A stretch of DNA of 64,000 nucleotides from Sphaerodactylus townsendi (lineage: Eukaryota), in the NCBI RefSeq assembly GCF_021028975.2, contig NC_059436.1, positions 36,642,001 to 36,706,000 of the forward strand. The letters run 5' to 3'. How positions within the stretch are numbered: position 1 is the stretch's first letter; each line of letters starts with the position of its first letter. The translations under genes and the position numbers were made by a program. Of this stretch, positions 11,909 to 23,306 are shown piece by piece. The notes under the pieces were generated by a model. The model had not been told where the DNA came from. It searched no databases and was given only the letters and a program-made list of their open reading frames with translations.

Positions 11909-14900
11909 ATTCTCTCTCCCCTCCCTTAGGGGATGGGGCGGTCTAAAAATCTGAAAAATAAATAAAATAAATAAATCTGAAGATGCTAGCCACAGATGCA
12001 GGCGAAACGTTAGGAACAAGATCCACCAGACCACAGCCACACAGCCCGGAAAAGCCACCAGAACCAATTAATGGAATTCCCTGCTTCTCTTGCTTTCTTG
12101 GCAGCAAACAGCCCTGGAGTTGGAAAGCACCAAATCAGAGGAAGCCATCTCTGCTGTGAAGCATCAATGCACTGAGCAGGTCAGGAGGCTTGAGGAACAG
12201 GTTTCTACCCTTGAAGCAGTGCGAGAAGCTGAAATGCGGGTTGCCCAGCACAAGACTGTGAGTGCTGCTGTGTGGTTTGGAGTTGTACTCAGGGCTGTCG
12301 GTGCAAGAAGGAATTTAATCTATGATCAGGAAATCAAAGACTCGTGAACTGGAGGAGCTGTGTAAATAGAGCAGTTTTGCATAATATATCCTGGCTTTGC
12401 TATTCATGGGAGTGGCAAGGATACCGAAACCCTGTTCCCAAGTACTGAATCTTCAGCCATTCTCTGGCTTTTGGGATCTCCTCAGGCATTGCCCACACAC
12501 GTTGAAGCAGTAATGGTGAGAAACCTGCTGCCTTTGGGACCCAAACCAGATGTCATCTTTGACATGAGTTGGATTGGGATTTCCCCAGTCCACTTCTGTT
12601 CTTTTTACAATCAGCCACTGCACCAGGGAACTTGGTTCTTGAGTGTGTTAGGGCCTGATTTGGCTTGTGTACATGGCACTGCAGGAGGAAGTGGCTTCAG
12701 GAGGCATTTGCCCACTATGGGGGCTGTCTGCGCATTTGAAATAAAGTGTCCCTTTTCGACAGTCCTCTTAGGTAATGGTTAAAAGGAACTCTGGTCCTTC
12801 ACATGTATCACTCCTCCCCTCCTTACCCATTGGTCTGATTTACAGTGATATCAAGGAATGTCCAAGAACATTTTAACTGCTTTGAGAGAAGATGTAAGCA
12901 GCAGACCACTGGCACATAGAATGCAGCTCTGAGATGAAAGTTATTGGTTTATATAGGTGAGGAATTTCACAGTACTTTGGAGCTGGAGCAGCTCTACTTG
13001 GGCAAGGAGGCACATTGATTTGAACTCTGTCTGATAATCTTATGATTTATATACCATTAGTAATCTGAGATAGGAACCTATTTCACCATGTCATGTTTCC
13101 TTTCAACAACCCAGCAAAGTATCATTTTCAGAAGAGTTTATTTCACTGTGAATAAAGTTCAGGTAGAGGAACTGAAGTTGAGGACTTTCCCAAGGCCGTG
13201 GTTGCTGACATTCCACAGCACTGGGTAGATAGCAGGGTTGGTGGGCATCTTTGAACCAAAATAAAACAGAGCTGTTTAGCTGTTCTCATGAACATCCTCA
13301 GTGATCCCTACCAACTCCTCCTTCCCCAGTGTCAAATTTTAGATTTTAAGTTCTTTGGGACAGTGATGTGTTGTTTCACAATTTGTAAAGCACCATTCTC
13401 CTAGAATGTAATGTATAAATAGCAGTGTTAATCTTGATAATACTTCCTTATGAGGAGAGGCTGCAGCGTTTGGGACTCTTTAGTTTGGAGAGGAGACGTC
13501 TGAGGGGGGGATATGATTGAAGTCTGTAAAATTATGCATGGGATAGAAAATGTTCACAGAGATAAATTTTCTCTCTTTCTCAAAATACTAAAACCAGGGG
13601 GCATACACTGAAAATGTTGGGGGGAAGAATTAGGACTAATAAAAGGAAACATTTCTTCACGCAGCGCGTGATTGGTGTTTGGAGTATGCTGCCACAGGAG
13701 GTGGTGATGACCGTTAACCTGGATAGCTTTAAAAGAGGCTTGGACAGATTGATGGAGAAGTCGATCTATGCTTATTTATTTATTTATTTATTTATTTATT
13801 AGATTTTTATACCGCCCTATCCCCGAGGGGCTACCGATCCTCCTTGATCTGAGATTGCAAATGCCTTAGCAGACCAGGTGCTCGGGAGCAGCAGCAGCAG
13901 CAGAAGGCCATTGCTTTCACATCCTGCATTTGAGCTCCTAAAGCACCTGGTGGGCCACTGCGAGTAGCAGAGTGCTGGACTAGATGGACTCTGGTCTAAT
14001 CCAGCAAGGCTCTTTCTTATGTTCTTATGATAAAGCAGTCCATTGCTTTCCCACTCCATTAGAGCGAACTAGAGAAAGAAAACAAAGAACTCAAAGACAG
14101 CCACAGAGAATGTGAAAGCTCTTTGAAGAGGCAAGAGGCAGAACTGGAAAGGCTAAAGGTAAGGGATAAGGAGGGTGTGTGAGCAGACACCTTGGAACTC
14201 TGGGTTTAGTCTGTCAGAAGCTGGGGTCCTGTGACTAGGTGGGCATCATGGCTTTGGGGCTGGGCCAAGCCCATGCAGTTGATGTTCTGGCAGTGCATCA
14301 GAAAAGCAAAGTCCAAACTTCAAAGCACATTAGTAAGTCATAGAGCCAGTAAGCTAGTTTTGGAGCCAGCTATACTAAAGGGAGGAGGTTTGGAAGATTT
14401 CATTTTTATTCTGTAAATGTTTGTTTTTCTTTCCTGTTCCAGACAATATCACTTGGAAATGAAGGGAGGGAGGTGATAATTGTGGGGTCAACCTGCAGCA
14501 GAGAAAGGTGTTTCCTAAAAGCTGCTATCTGGAAAGATTGAAAATGGAAGACTCTTGGGTCTCAAGCATTGGGAAAGATGGTTTTCTTTTCTTGAAACCT
14601 TGGAGAGCTGTTATCAAATATGGGGCTAAATGGGACTAATAGTGTACGTATGACCCCGCGAGGGGTTCTCACGGCAATCCCCCAGCCAGACACTGACCCG
14701 GCATGGATATGTGTCACTTCAAAACTTTTGCTTGCTTTCTTCATTCCTCAGTGTTCCTGTTGAGAAGTCATTACACGGAATGGCAGTCTTACAAAATTCA
14801 TTTATTTGTGCTATAGAAGCATTTAATGGGAATTTCATACTGATAAAACTGGCTAGAATTGGGGAAGGGGAACTGGTTGCGGGAGACCTCTCCCCCACTG

Positions 14901-17900
14901 CTCTCAACTTGATATCATTTTGAACTTTTCTTCAATCATAACCTCGAGATTCTTGCTCCTTTATAGGCAGAATTAAGCAGTAGGGAAACAGTCAGCACTG
15001 AAATTGCCAAAGCCCTGGAAGAGGCACGGAAACACAAGGAGGAATTACAGCAGCAAGTGAGTTCTGTTCTGGTAGTTCTCCATTGTGGGTTAAGATGGTG
15101 TGGTATCCCTGTCTCCAGAGACCTACCCTAGGGAATCTAGAGCATCCACTGAGCAAGGCGATTTGTGATATGACCCCAAGTGTGTGTGGAGGTCCTGCTC
15201 AGAAAGCAGCGAGTCTTCAAGCATAATATGCAGAAATAAAAACATACTAGAGAGGGATAGCAGTTTTAAGTGACAAAGGGATAGACAGTAGCTTTGGATG
15301 AGCTTACAGGGTGCAGAGAAGAGGCTGATTCACATATGTTCTATGAAAAGCCGTCTGTGCAAAGAAGTGATCAGGACATTCCAGAGCTCCGTCCTTGGGA
15401 GGTAGTGATGGTTGTTCGTACACACGCGAGTTGAAACAAGCGATTAAAAATGCAAATCCATATGTGAACTCACCAACGGTCGCGGGTAGAGAATTTGTCA
15501 AATAAAGAACAGGAGCCACAACTGAACCTCTTGTTTTATGTTTAGGTTGCCGACTTGTTCTCGTCGTTGAAAGAGAAGGACTGTCTGATCAAGCATAAAA
15601 CTGACACACTGCTGGAAAAGGAAGAAGAGCTGAATTGCTTACGGCACGGTGAGGCCCCACAAATCCTGACTACTGTTGGCAGAGTGACCGCGCGGTGATC
15701 TTTGGCCCCCCTCCCTCCTCCTCCTGTGACTCTGATGCCTCCTGCATGTTCAACATGCGCACATTTTGAGTTCATTTCTCAAACCTCTCGAGAGTTCTCT
15801 GGCATTTGCTTGCTTTCTGACGATGGTGATTGCCTATAAATTGTGTCCTCTGGATCCATAAATATTTAAGCAGGGGTGGGGCACTTCAGGCTTTATCCTT
15901 GACTCATTTCAACGCTTAGCCTTGGGATGTATGTGGAAAAGGTATGCCTGAACCTGTGTGAAGTGCTTTTTTTCTAATTACCAACAACCAGTTTGGGATG
16001 AAGGAAAATTGCAGAGGGCTGATCCGACCAGCATTAAGCTCCTTCAGTACTGCCTGTAAAAGGAGTCAGTGCATGAAGTTTCTGGTACTGCTGAATGGAA
16101 CTGCCCAGACTCATGCGTCTTTGGTGATCCTCTCTACTGTCCCAACAGATGCATGGCAAAGGAACTATTCATCTGGAGATGCTCTAACTTGCTTGGGAAT
16201 GCTTTATGCTCTGCTTGGATGAGGAGCGAAGCAGCATCTGCACTCCCAACATCCCTACACGCATATTGGCCTAGTGAGCTACACTGCTGGAAGCTGTTTC
16301 ACTGAATTGACTTCTTGCTGTTTTCTTCTGCCCCAGACCATGAGGAGCAGATGCAGCAGTTGCAGACCGACTTCGAATTGTGCCAGCGACAGGCTGAGGA
16401 GAGGGAAGCTCTGGTCGGAGAGATGATCACTTTGCAGGAGCAGCTACAAGAGCAGTTGGCATGCAGGCTAGCCAGTGAGGGCCAGGTGAGCAGACATGCC
16501 TCCAACCTGTGGCAGGGAGTACTCACAGTGTGCCAGAGGATTTCTGTGGGATACTTCCCCTGAGTCCCTTTGCTTAGACCAGGGGCTCTGCAACCTGTGG
16601 CAGTTGGCCATGCTGGCAGGCACTGATGGGAACTGTAGTCCATGAACATCTGGAGAGCCACAGGTTGCAGACCCCTGGCTTAGACTCTCCTGCTTCTGAT
16701 TGTACATTGTCGTTTACCATTAATGGACTGCTGGGAATAACTTCTGTCTGAGTCCCTGGGAAGCAGCAGTGAACCTCCAGTTTCAGAGGCTTCAGAGACA
16801 ATATACCTAGCTGACATGGCAGGGTGGGCAAAACTAGGGGAGAGCTATTGCTTTCGCACCCTGCTTATGAGCTTCTTGGAGGACTGTGGCTGGTCACTAT
16901 TGGAAAGAGTGTGCTGAACTAGTCTAATCCTGTGAGACCTCATGTACATTAGACCGTATTGGTTAGACCTGACTCTGTAAGGCATCCCTCATAGCTTCCA
17001 TCCTGGGCCCTGTATGTCATGATTTCACGAGAGCTTGGAAAAGCTGCACAGTGCAATATTGGGCACAGAATTCAGCTTTGACAAGGTCAGCTTTTATTTT
17101 TAAAGAATATTTCTAGCTGGATGTTGTGGGTTTTCTGCTGTGTGACTGTGGTCTGGCAGTTCTTGCAACTATGGCAGGCATCTTCAGACGCATGTCATTG
17201 CAAGATGTGGCACAGGGGTGGAGTGATTGTGCTGATGGGTGTATGTTTGGTTCACCTCACAGGTGGGAGGCGGGTTCAGGCACATTTGTATATGTCTGGG
17301 TTGAATTCATTTGCATGAGGAATAAATAGGAACATGGAACATGAGGAATAGGAACGGATAGATCACAGCCCCACCGTCTGCAAAACCCACAACAGCCCAT
17401 TGATTCTGGCTGTGGAAACCTTCACATATAGTACAGAGAGATTTCTGAAAGTGACTTGGCAGAGTCTTGGTGAAGTTGGGGTGAACTGGCGGAGAAAGAT
17501 TTCCATTTGCCAGGCAATTAAGCTACTGTGCCTTGTATCCTTACCTTATTCTGAAGTGAGCAGAAGTGAAATGAATGAGGTAAAACAAATGCTCAGATTT
17601 GCATAATTTATCTAGGTTGCAGAATTGGCACATAATTGATTTAGCATATATCTCATCTTGCTTTTGTTGTTGATCTGCACGAGCTGTGTCCATGTAGCCT
17701 GGCTCTACTAAGGCTAACATGTGATCCAGAATAGCCATTCCTTTGGTCTCGGTGCCTCTTTCTCTACCCCTCTATCATGCATACATGGTGAGAAGCAGCT
17801 TTGCTTTGTGTTTCTGAATTGATGCACAGCACTGTTACTGTTCCCATCTTGCTCATCCTGGATCCTTTTTCTCCCAATAGACTGCTGGGTTGGAGTTGGC

Positions 17901-20900
17901 ATCCAAAGCCTTCAAAAAACAATTGCACCCTGGTGAGGATGGAGAAGGGGAGCCAAACGGGGATGTGGCTGCTGCAGACATAGTCCAGCTGCAGAAAGAG
18001 AACTGGGAATTGGGGCAACAGGTGGCAGAGAAGAACAAAGTAAGGATGCAGTTGATCGAGAGACTTGTAAACCTGCGTGATGCCATGCTATGCCAGGCTT
18101 TTGGTCCGTGTAGTTCTGTTGCCCTGTCTGACTGGCAGTGGGTCTCCAAGGTGTCAGGCTGAGCATGATATTTCCCAATACTTGTTAATTAGAGGAGAGG
18201 ATTAATGGTAAAAAGCCCCTTTGCATGGAGACGATCCCCAAAATCACTGGATATAGTGAGCCAGAATAGGTTGAAACATCCAGAGATTTGTTCACTTGAG
18301 TAAACAGGCTCCTGGATTTAAAAAAAAAAAAGACCTGGGTACACCTGCAAATCCACAGCTTTCCATCTTGCATGGTTGTTTTGTTGGCATGGGAATATCT
18401 TCTCTGTACAGAAGTGCCAGATGTTCCCATAGAGGATCTGTTTCATTTCCTAGTTGTGTGGCTGCTTTATATAGATAGCTAATAATAGTCAAATGGTATA
18501 AGAGCTCACTGGCTTGTACTAAGAACTAGTGGCCTCCCTGAGAAGCTTCTATAAAAATGCTGGGTTTGATTATTTCTGGCAGCTGAAGTGTCATGTCATC
18601 CCTCCCTCCCCTGTACAGGTGATCAAGCAGTTACAGCAGAGAATGGCAGAACTAAAGAAGACGCTACAAAAAGAACTGGTAAGCTCACCCCTGAGCTGCC
18701 CACCAGCCTAAATAAGAACTCTTTCAGCTCTGTGCTTCTGCAACGTTTGAATGTTTATGGAGCTGTAGCACTGTCTAAAGCATAATAGCTAAAGTGGCCC
18801 AGTCTAATCCTCTACCACATCGGAAGTTCTCTTCCAAACTCTTCCTTTATACCATGGTTCAGCAGAATGGCACATAAAATGACAGGGGAAGCAGATATCG
18901 GGCTTCTTGATAAACTTGCCTTTTTTGGAAAAGGCAAGTATATAGTCCTTGAGATAGCAAAAGTACACTTCAAACTACGTGAATGGTCTGTGCTGAAATC
19001 TCAGGTGCCATATACGAGGCTTAATATGATTCCAAAGATTGGGTGGGGGGTGATAATCAGTGGTCTTACCCCCGCTGCAGCTACCACAGCCAGGATAAGT
19101 AGTTGAAGACAGCAACCATTTTGGAACGAATTATGCAAAATAAGAAAACTAGGCAAAGTTGTGGATTAATAGCTTTCCTTGGGGCAGAAAGTTGAATTGA
19201 TGCCTGGAAGCTGAATGTTTTAAAACAGTTTGCTTTTCAACAAAATACGTTCCCATGAGAGGCAAAAACTTAAATCGGACCATTAAACATTTAATGTGGT
19301 TCTTTTCATTATTGTTTAGGATTTTGATTGTGTATGCTGGCAGGGGATGATGGGAACTGTAGTCCATAACATCTGGAGGGCCGCGAATTTGACACCTATG
19401 ATCCTTATTGGTTCACCAACCTATACCTTTAATGGATCTGAATCTCACAAATCAGTGGAAGCTAATCAGCCCCTCAGATAATGTCTATTCAGTTGCAGCT
19501 TCCAACTCTGTGAACAGGCATCACTGGTGGACTATCTGGAGGTGATCACAGGCAATGGAAGACTGCGTTCCTTTTCTCAGTTTGTTTTTTCTAGCAAAGA
19601 GGCAATTTCCCTTCTCACAAACAACTTGCTCTCATGAAAGGGTTGGAGAAAAGCATGTAGTGGTACCTGGTGTCAATTAATGGCAGAATGTACATTTTCA
19701 CTGGGCCTTTTAATCTGGCACTATGTTCCTTTCAGAAAATTCGCCCGGACAGTGAGGTCCCAGAAGTGCCCAATGCTGCCTTGACTGTGACAAACAACTC
19801 AGACCTGAATGACTCTCGGGAGATAAACTTTGAGTATCTTAAGCACGTGGTACTAAAATTTATGTCCTGCCGGGAATCAGAGGTAAAAAAAAGTTGCCTA
19901 ATGCTGTTTTTGCTATTTCTGTCCCTCTCTTCCCTTCCACTATGTCTCTGAAGAGTTCCGTACAATGCCTAGTTTTTTTTTTAAAAGAAAACAAATGAAA
20001 GCAAAAGATGAACTCAGATAAAGCAGCTTCATTTATGTGTTTACCTTGATGGAATATCTGCCTGCCAGCAGGAGGCTGCTCTTTAGCTATCTGGCCTTGC
20101 TTCCATGATCAAAGCTGAACGTCTTCTTCTTCCTTTGTAAGTCCTGGTGACTATTCAGATGTGTTCAACAGCCCCTTCTGTTTATGCCCTCTCTGCTAGC
20201 TGCAGATATCCTTTGTGACAACCCTGGTGTGGTGGTACAGCCTGCCAGTGGCATAGAAGGCAGCACCCCCATTGTTGGGGTTTTATAGAGCCTAGAACAC
20301 TTTTTTCCATACATTTCTCTGGACTAATTTTTGCTGGCATTATTAGTTTTAAGATCAGTATTCAGTCTTTCTAGACTGCTGTTTATTTTTGTTTTTACAA
20401 GTTTCCTTGAAATGAGATAAAACAACTCCCTGTGGCTCTGCTGTTGTGTTTCAGGCATTCCATCTAATCAAAGCCGTGTCTGTTTTGCTGAACTTCTCTC
20501 AAGAGGAAGAAAACATGCTCAAGGAAACCCTAGAATACAAGGTGAGGCTAACAGCATAAGAACCCTAATTTCAATTAGAAAAGTAGAGTACAAGCTGAAA
20601 AGGTTTAATTTCTTCTTCCCATGGGGCCTTGATTCAGATTATAATTTACTTTATTCCTACATGTCTGTTTTGGCCCTGGGATAATGATTCCTGAGCTTCA
20701 GTAGACAGAAGTTTTCTCCTCAGAAAAAGGGAGCTAGAATTGAGGATTTTGAAGCACAGGTCTCTTTCTCTGCTTTGGGGTATCAGTGGCCACTGGAAGG
20801 CTGCTTTCCAGTTGATGCTTTGAAAAAACAGAGGGCCTTTAGCGCAAAAGAGCTGCTGTGCTTTGCCCAAGACTACTTTTGAGCTACAAGTATAATGGTG

Positions 20901-21001
20901 TTGTGCTTTCTCTCTGCCAGATGTCCTGGTTTGGATCCAAACCATCTCCAAGGGGCAGCATCCGACCTTCCATTTCAAGTCCCAGGACCCCATGGTCATG
21001 A
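1167..21001 (+). CDS. GOLGA1: Golgin-97 (golgin subfamily A member 1), 5'-partial; coiled coil plus C-terminal GRIP domain
   Basis: 21 coding exons, frame consistent across junctions: 1167-1241, 3825-3922, 5622-5654 (GC donor), 6110-6238, 6801-6970, 8205-8316, 8718-8807, 9256-9381, 9616-9711, 10590-10685, 10804-10899, 12105-12257, 14063-14158, 14967-15056, 15546-15648, 16337-16485, 17881-18039, 18619-18678, 19736-19882, 20455-20541, 20921-21001 (TGA). Peptides [95 protein letters not shown] and terminal [26 protein letters not shown] match golgin-97 as I recall it. The N-terminal exons lie left of the window. Confidence 0.96.
1483..1730 (-). mobile_element. Squamate tRNA-derived SINE (Squam3-like)
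   Basis: Similar along its length to the copies at 4396, 37916 and 39271 (AAACACCCTGTGAGGTAGGTGGGGCTGAGAG...GGGAATCAAACC...CTCCAGATTAGAG...CTTAACCACTACACCAC); GAA-repeat tail. Family name from recall. Confidence 0.75.
1783..2041. mobile_element. hAT-superfamily MITE
   Basis: TIRs CAGGGGTTAGCAAC / GTTGCAGACCCCTG; perfect 8-bp TSD TCCTAGAT (1775-1782, 2042-2049). Confidence 0.9.
2107..2509 (+). mobile_element. Probable solo LTR
   Basis: TGTAA...TAACA termini, internal AATAAA (2448-2453) near the 3' end, imperfect 5-bp TSD CTCAT/TTCAT. Confidence 0.55.
4396..4697 (-). mobile_element. Squamate tRNA-derived SINE (Squam3-like)
   Basis: Near full-length copy with (GAA)n tail and tRNA-like head on minus; closely matches 37916-38207 and 39271-39556. 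Confidence 0.85.
5055..5245 (+). mobile_element. Degenerate tRNA-derived SINE (Squam2-like); related fragment at about 6385-6527
   Basis: CAGAAGATCCCAGGTT...ATCTCCAGTTAAAG...GGTGATGGGAAA...GATGGAC...GGTCTGA...CTTCAT; its 3' part is shared with 6385-6527. Confidence 0.55.
7794..8153. other. Assembly gap (360 N)
   Basis: Run of N inside a GOLGA1 intron; the flanking exons remain in frame. Confidence 0.99.
11656..12066 (+). mobile_element. Penelope-like element 3' end with hammerhead core, interrupted by A60 and a SINE/LINE tail
   Basis: CTGAAGA-TGCTAGC-CACAGAT-GCAGGC-GAAAC-GTT-AGGA at 11977-12014; the same terminal unit occurs at 26068-26277, 28287-28407 and 43338-43475. Confidence 0.7.
13441..14028 (+). 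mobile_element. CR1 LINE 3' fragment
   Basis: Encodes [22 protein letters not shown] (CR1 ORF2 C-terminus), then a frameshift; 3' tail TTCTTATGTTCTTATG; nested antisense (TATT)n-tailed fragment at about 13772-13830. Confidence 0.9.
16580..16677. mobile_element. Palindromic hAT MITE (ACTACAnnTCCCA family), internally deleted
   Basis: CAGGGG...CCCCTG termini; 8-bp TSD GCTTAGAC (16572-16579, 16678-16685). Confidence 0.9.
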
Positions 21002-22604
21002 AGGGCCCCAAAGAACACACAGCCTGCCCTTTAGTTGTTCTTTCTTTCCAGGAAAAGGATATTGCCCTGTCAATTGAGGTGTGTCTTAATTATGTTCACT
21101 ATGTACTTTATATAAGAACTGTTTACAAAACTGTACTGTAAAAGGGAGTGGGATTTTCTACAACTGGCCCCCTGGGTGGGGTTGGAGGGACCCACAGAGT
21201 CGTTTGCCCTCAAAGCCTTGTACTGCTGAAAGTGCCACTTGTGTGGCAGCCGTGCGTCTTCACTGGGGTGTGTGCGCATTTATATTCCTGTCATCACAGA
21301 ACGCTTGCGTCATTCCTGACAGTGTAAAGTGCTCCAGGGCTGGGAAGCTCTTCTACCTTCTCAGACCTGTTTGCTTATTAACATGGCTGCTGGAAAGAGC
21401 ATATTTGAATTTCTAGCAGGGTAACACAACTTTTTCCAGAGTTGGCCACCTTTATTTTTCTTAAAGAAAAATAATTCTAAATGGTCTTTATGAGATAACT
21501 ATTCAGTTGCCTTTCAGATTAAACTAGTAAGAGTGTAGCAAAAGTGTACAGATGGGAAAGGGTGACACTCTGTCTTTGAGCTCTTCCCCACCTACCCACC
21601 CCCCGAAAAGTGGGAGCATAAAGTTGCGGCTGAAGCAGAGAGGAGCTTCTGTTTCATCTGCAAATTTGCTTTATGGGGGCTGATGTACCATCCTTAGCAT
21701 GGTACACCATGGTGACACAAGCTGCTTCATACATATCCTAGAACTTATTCACATTCTGTCAGTGGAAGCAACATGAATAACTGGTGCTTTGGATGTGAAT
21801 TTTTAAAAAAGCACTTACAAGAGGGTTCACTGTAAAGCAGAAACGGATCTCAGTTCAATTTCCCCCCCTTTAATAACTTAAAAGCAAACACCTAGCTTGG
21901 AAACTACAGCTTAACTAAAGTATACAAAACGAGACTGTGTGCTGTACTAAAGCCTGACCATGTGAAACGGTGGCTTGCAGTGCTATAAGAACTGCACATT
22001 GCTAGGCAACAGTATTTTTACCAACTGCTTGAGAAACTGAACCCGTTACTTTGCTACATGGAGAAATGCAGAGTAAAATTTCCAACAGACCCAGATTTAA
22101 GGCACAGAATAGAAAGAAAACCTCAGATGCCTCTCACAGTTTAAGTGTTGAATTTTTTTTCAGCTATTAGAGCAGGCCTGTGGTTGCGTGTGTGTGTATA
22201 TATTCATATACTGATGCACTTTTTCCTTGTACAAATAATACATATGGAATGTATATAAAGCCTTTTTACGGATACTTGCTATGTACAGAGGGACTCTATT
22301 ATGTAATGGCTTGTAGAAAGCTAATTTGTGGTGCAATACATTTTGGATGAAAACTAGAAGCTGCCTTGTTGCTTTCTTACTTGCTACTGCTAAGTTGTGT
22401 GTTTCACCTAAACACTAACTGCTTCTCCCACCAGCTGAGAACCAGTTTCGACCTATAAGTGTTGCTCCTCAAGATACTGGAGTGGTGCCATTCGCTCCTG
22501 AAATGTAGATTTTATATCTTGCCTGATAACTGTGAATACTTGGCCTTTAGTGTGATTAAGTCCCCGCTCACAATTTCTGACTAGTGTGACCCAGGACAAA
22601 AAAC

Positions 22605-22610
22605 AATAAA
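22605..22610 (+). terminator. Candidate GOLGA1 polyadenylation signal
   Basis: AATAAA about 1.6 kb after the stop, just before the converging ARPC5L 3' end. Confidence 0.5.
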
Positions 22611-22745
22611 TCTGGTATTTCAACAACCCACCCAAAACTTGTGAGAAGGTAAATTGGGTCGTTTGCATGTGAGGAGCTTCAAGAAGGCAGAGGACGAACC
22701 ATGGACTAGCGCCCAAGGACATTCAAAATCCATCATGGAATATTA

Positions 22746-22751
22746 TTTATT
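22746..22751 (-). terminator. Candidate ARPC5L polyadenylation signal
   Basis: TTTATT on plus (AATAAA on minus), about 555 nt after the ARPC5L stop. Confidence 0.6.
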
Positions 22752-23306
22752 CTAACCATCCAAGAACTTCTAGATAGAGCAGCAGGCACTTTACATGAAA
22801 CAAACTCTGTATTTAGTCCAGCTATTCTTACCCATATATACAACTAGCCCTCTTGCATAAGAAAACCCTCCTCCAGCTTTCAAACCAGCTTCTTGCTTCT
22901 CTTGACACCCCAGTGCCATCCCTGCCCCCACCATACACATTTGTTAAGTTTAAATTAAGTCTCACTTATTCACCCAAGCACGCGCGCGCACACACATTGG
23001 GCCAGAACAGCCACCGTATTGCGGACAGGCACACACGTAAATACCACCCCCATTTCTGTTTGCAGCACAAATTGCAAGTAGTCCCTTCCCAGCTTGTGAA
23101 TCTGATAATCAGAAAACATTAATACACTGGGTTTCCCCCACCACTTCTAGGGTTAAAAGTACTTGTTCCAAGAGGAAGAGGAGACTCCCAAAGTATTTCA
23201 GTAGATTGTGGACGCTAGAAGGGTAGTCCAAAATATCAGCATAGGCAGTGCCGCCTCCTGGCTCCAAAAGAGTTCTTGGTGTCTTGATTCAAGTGAACAG
23301 CGTTTG

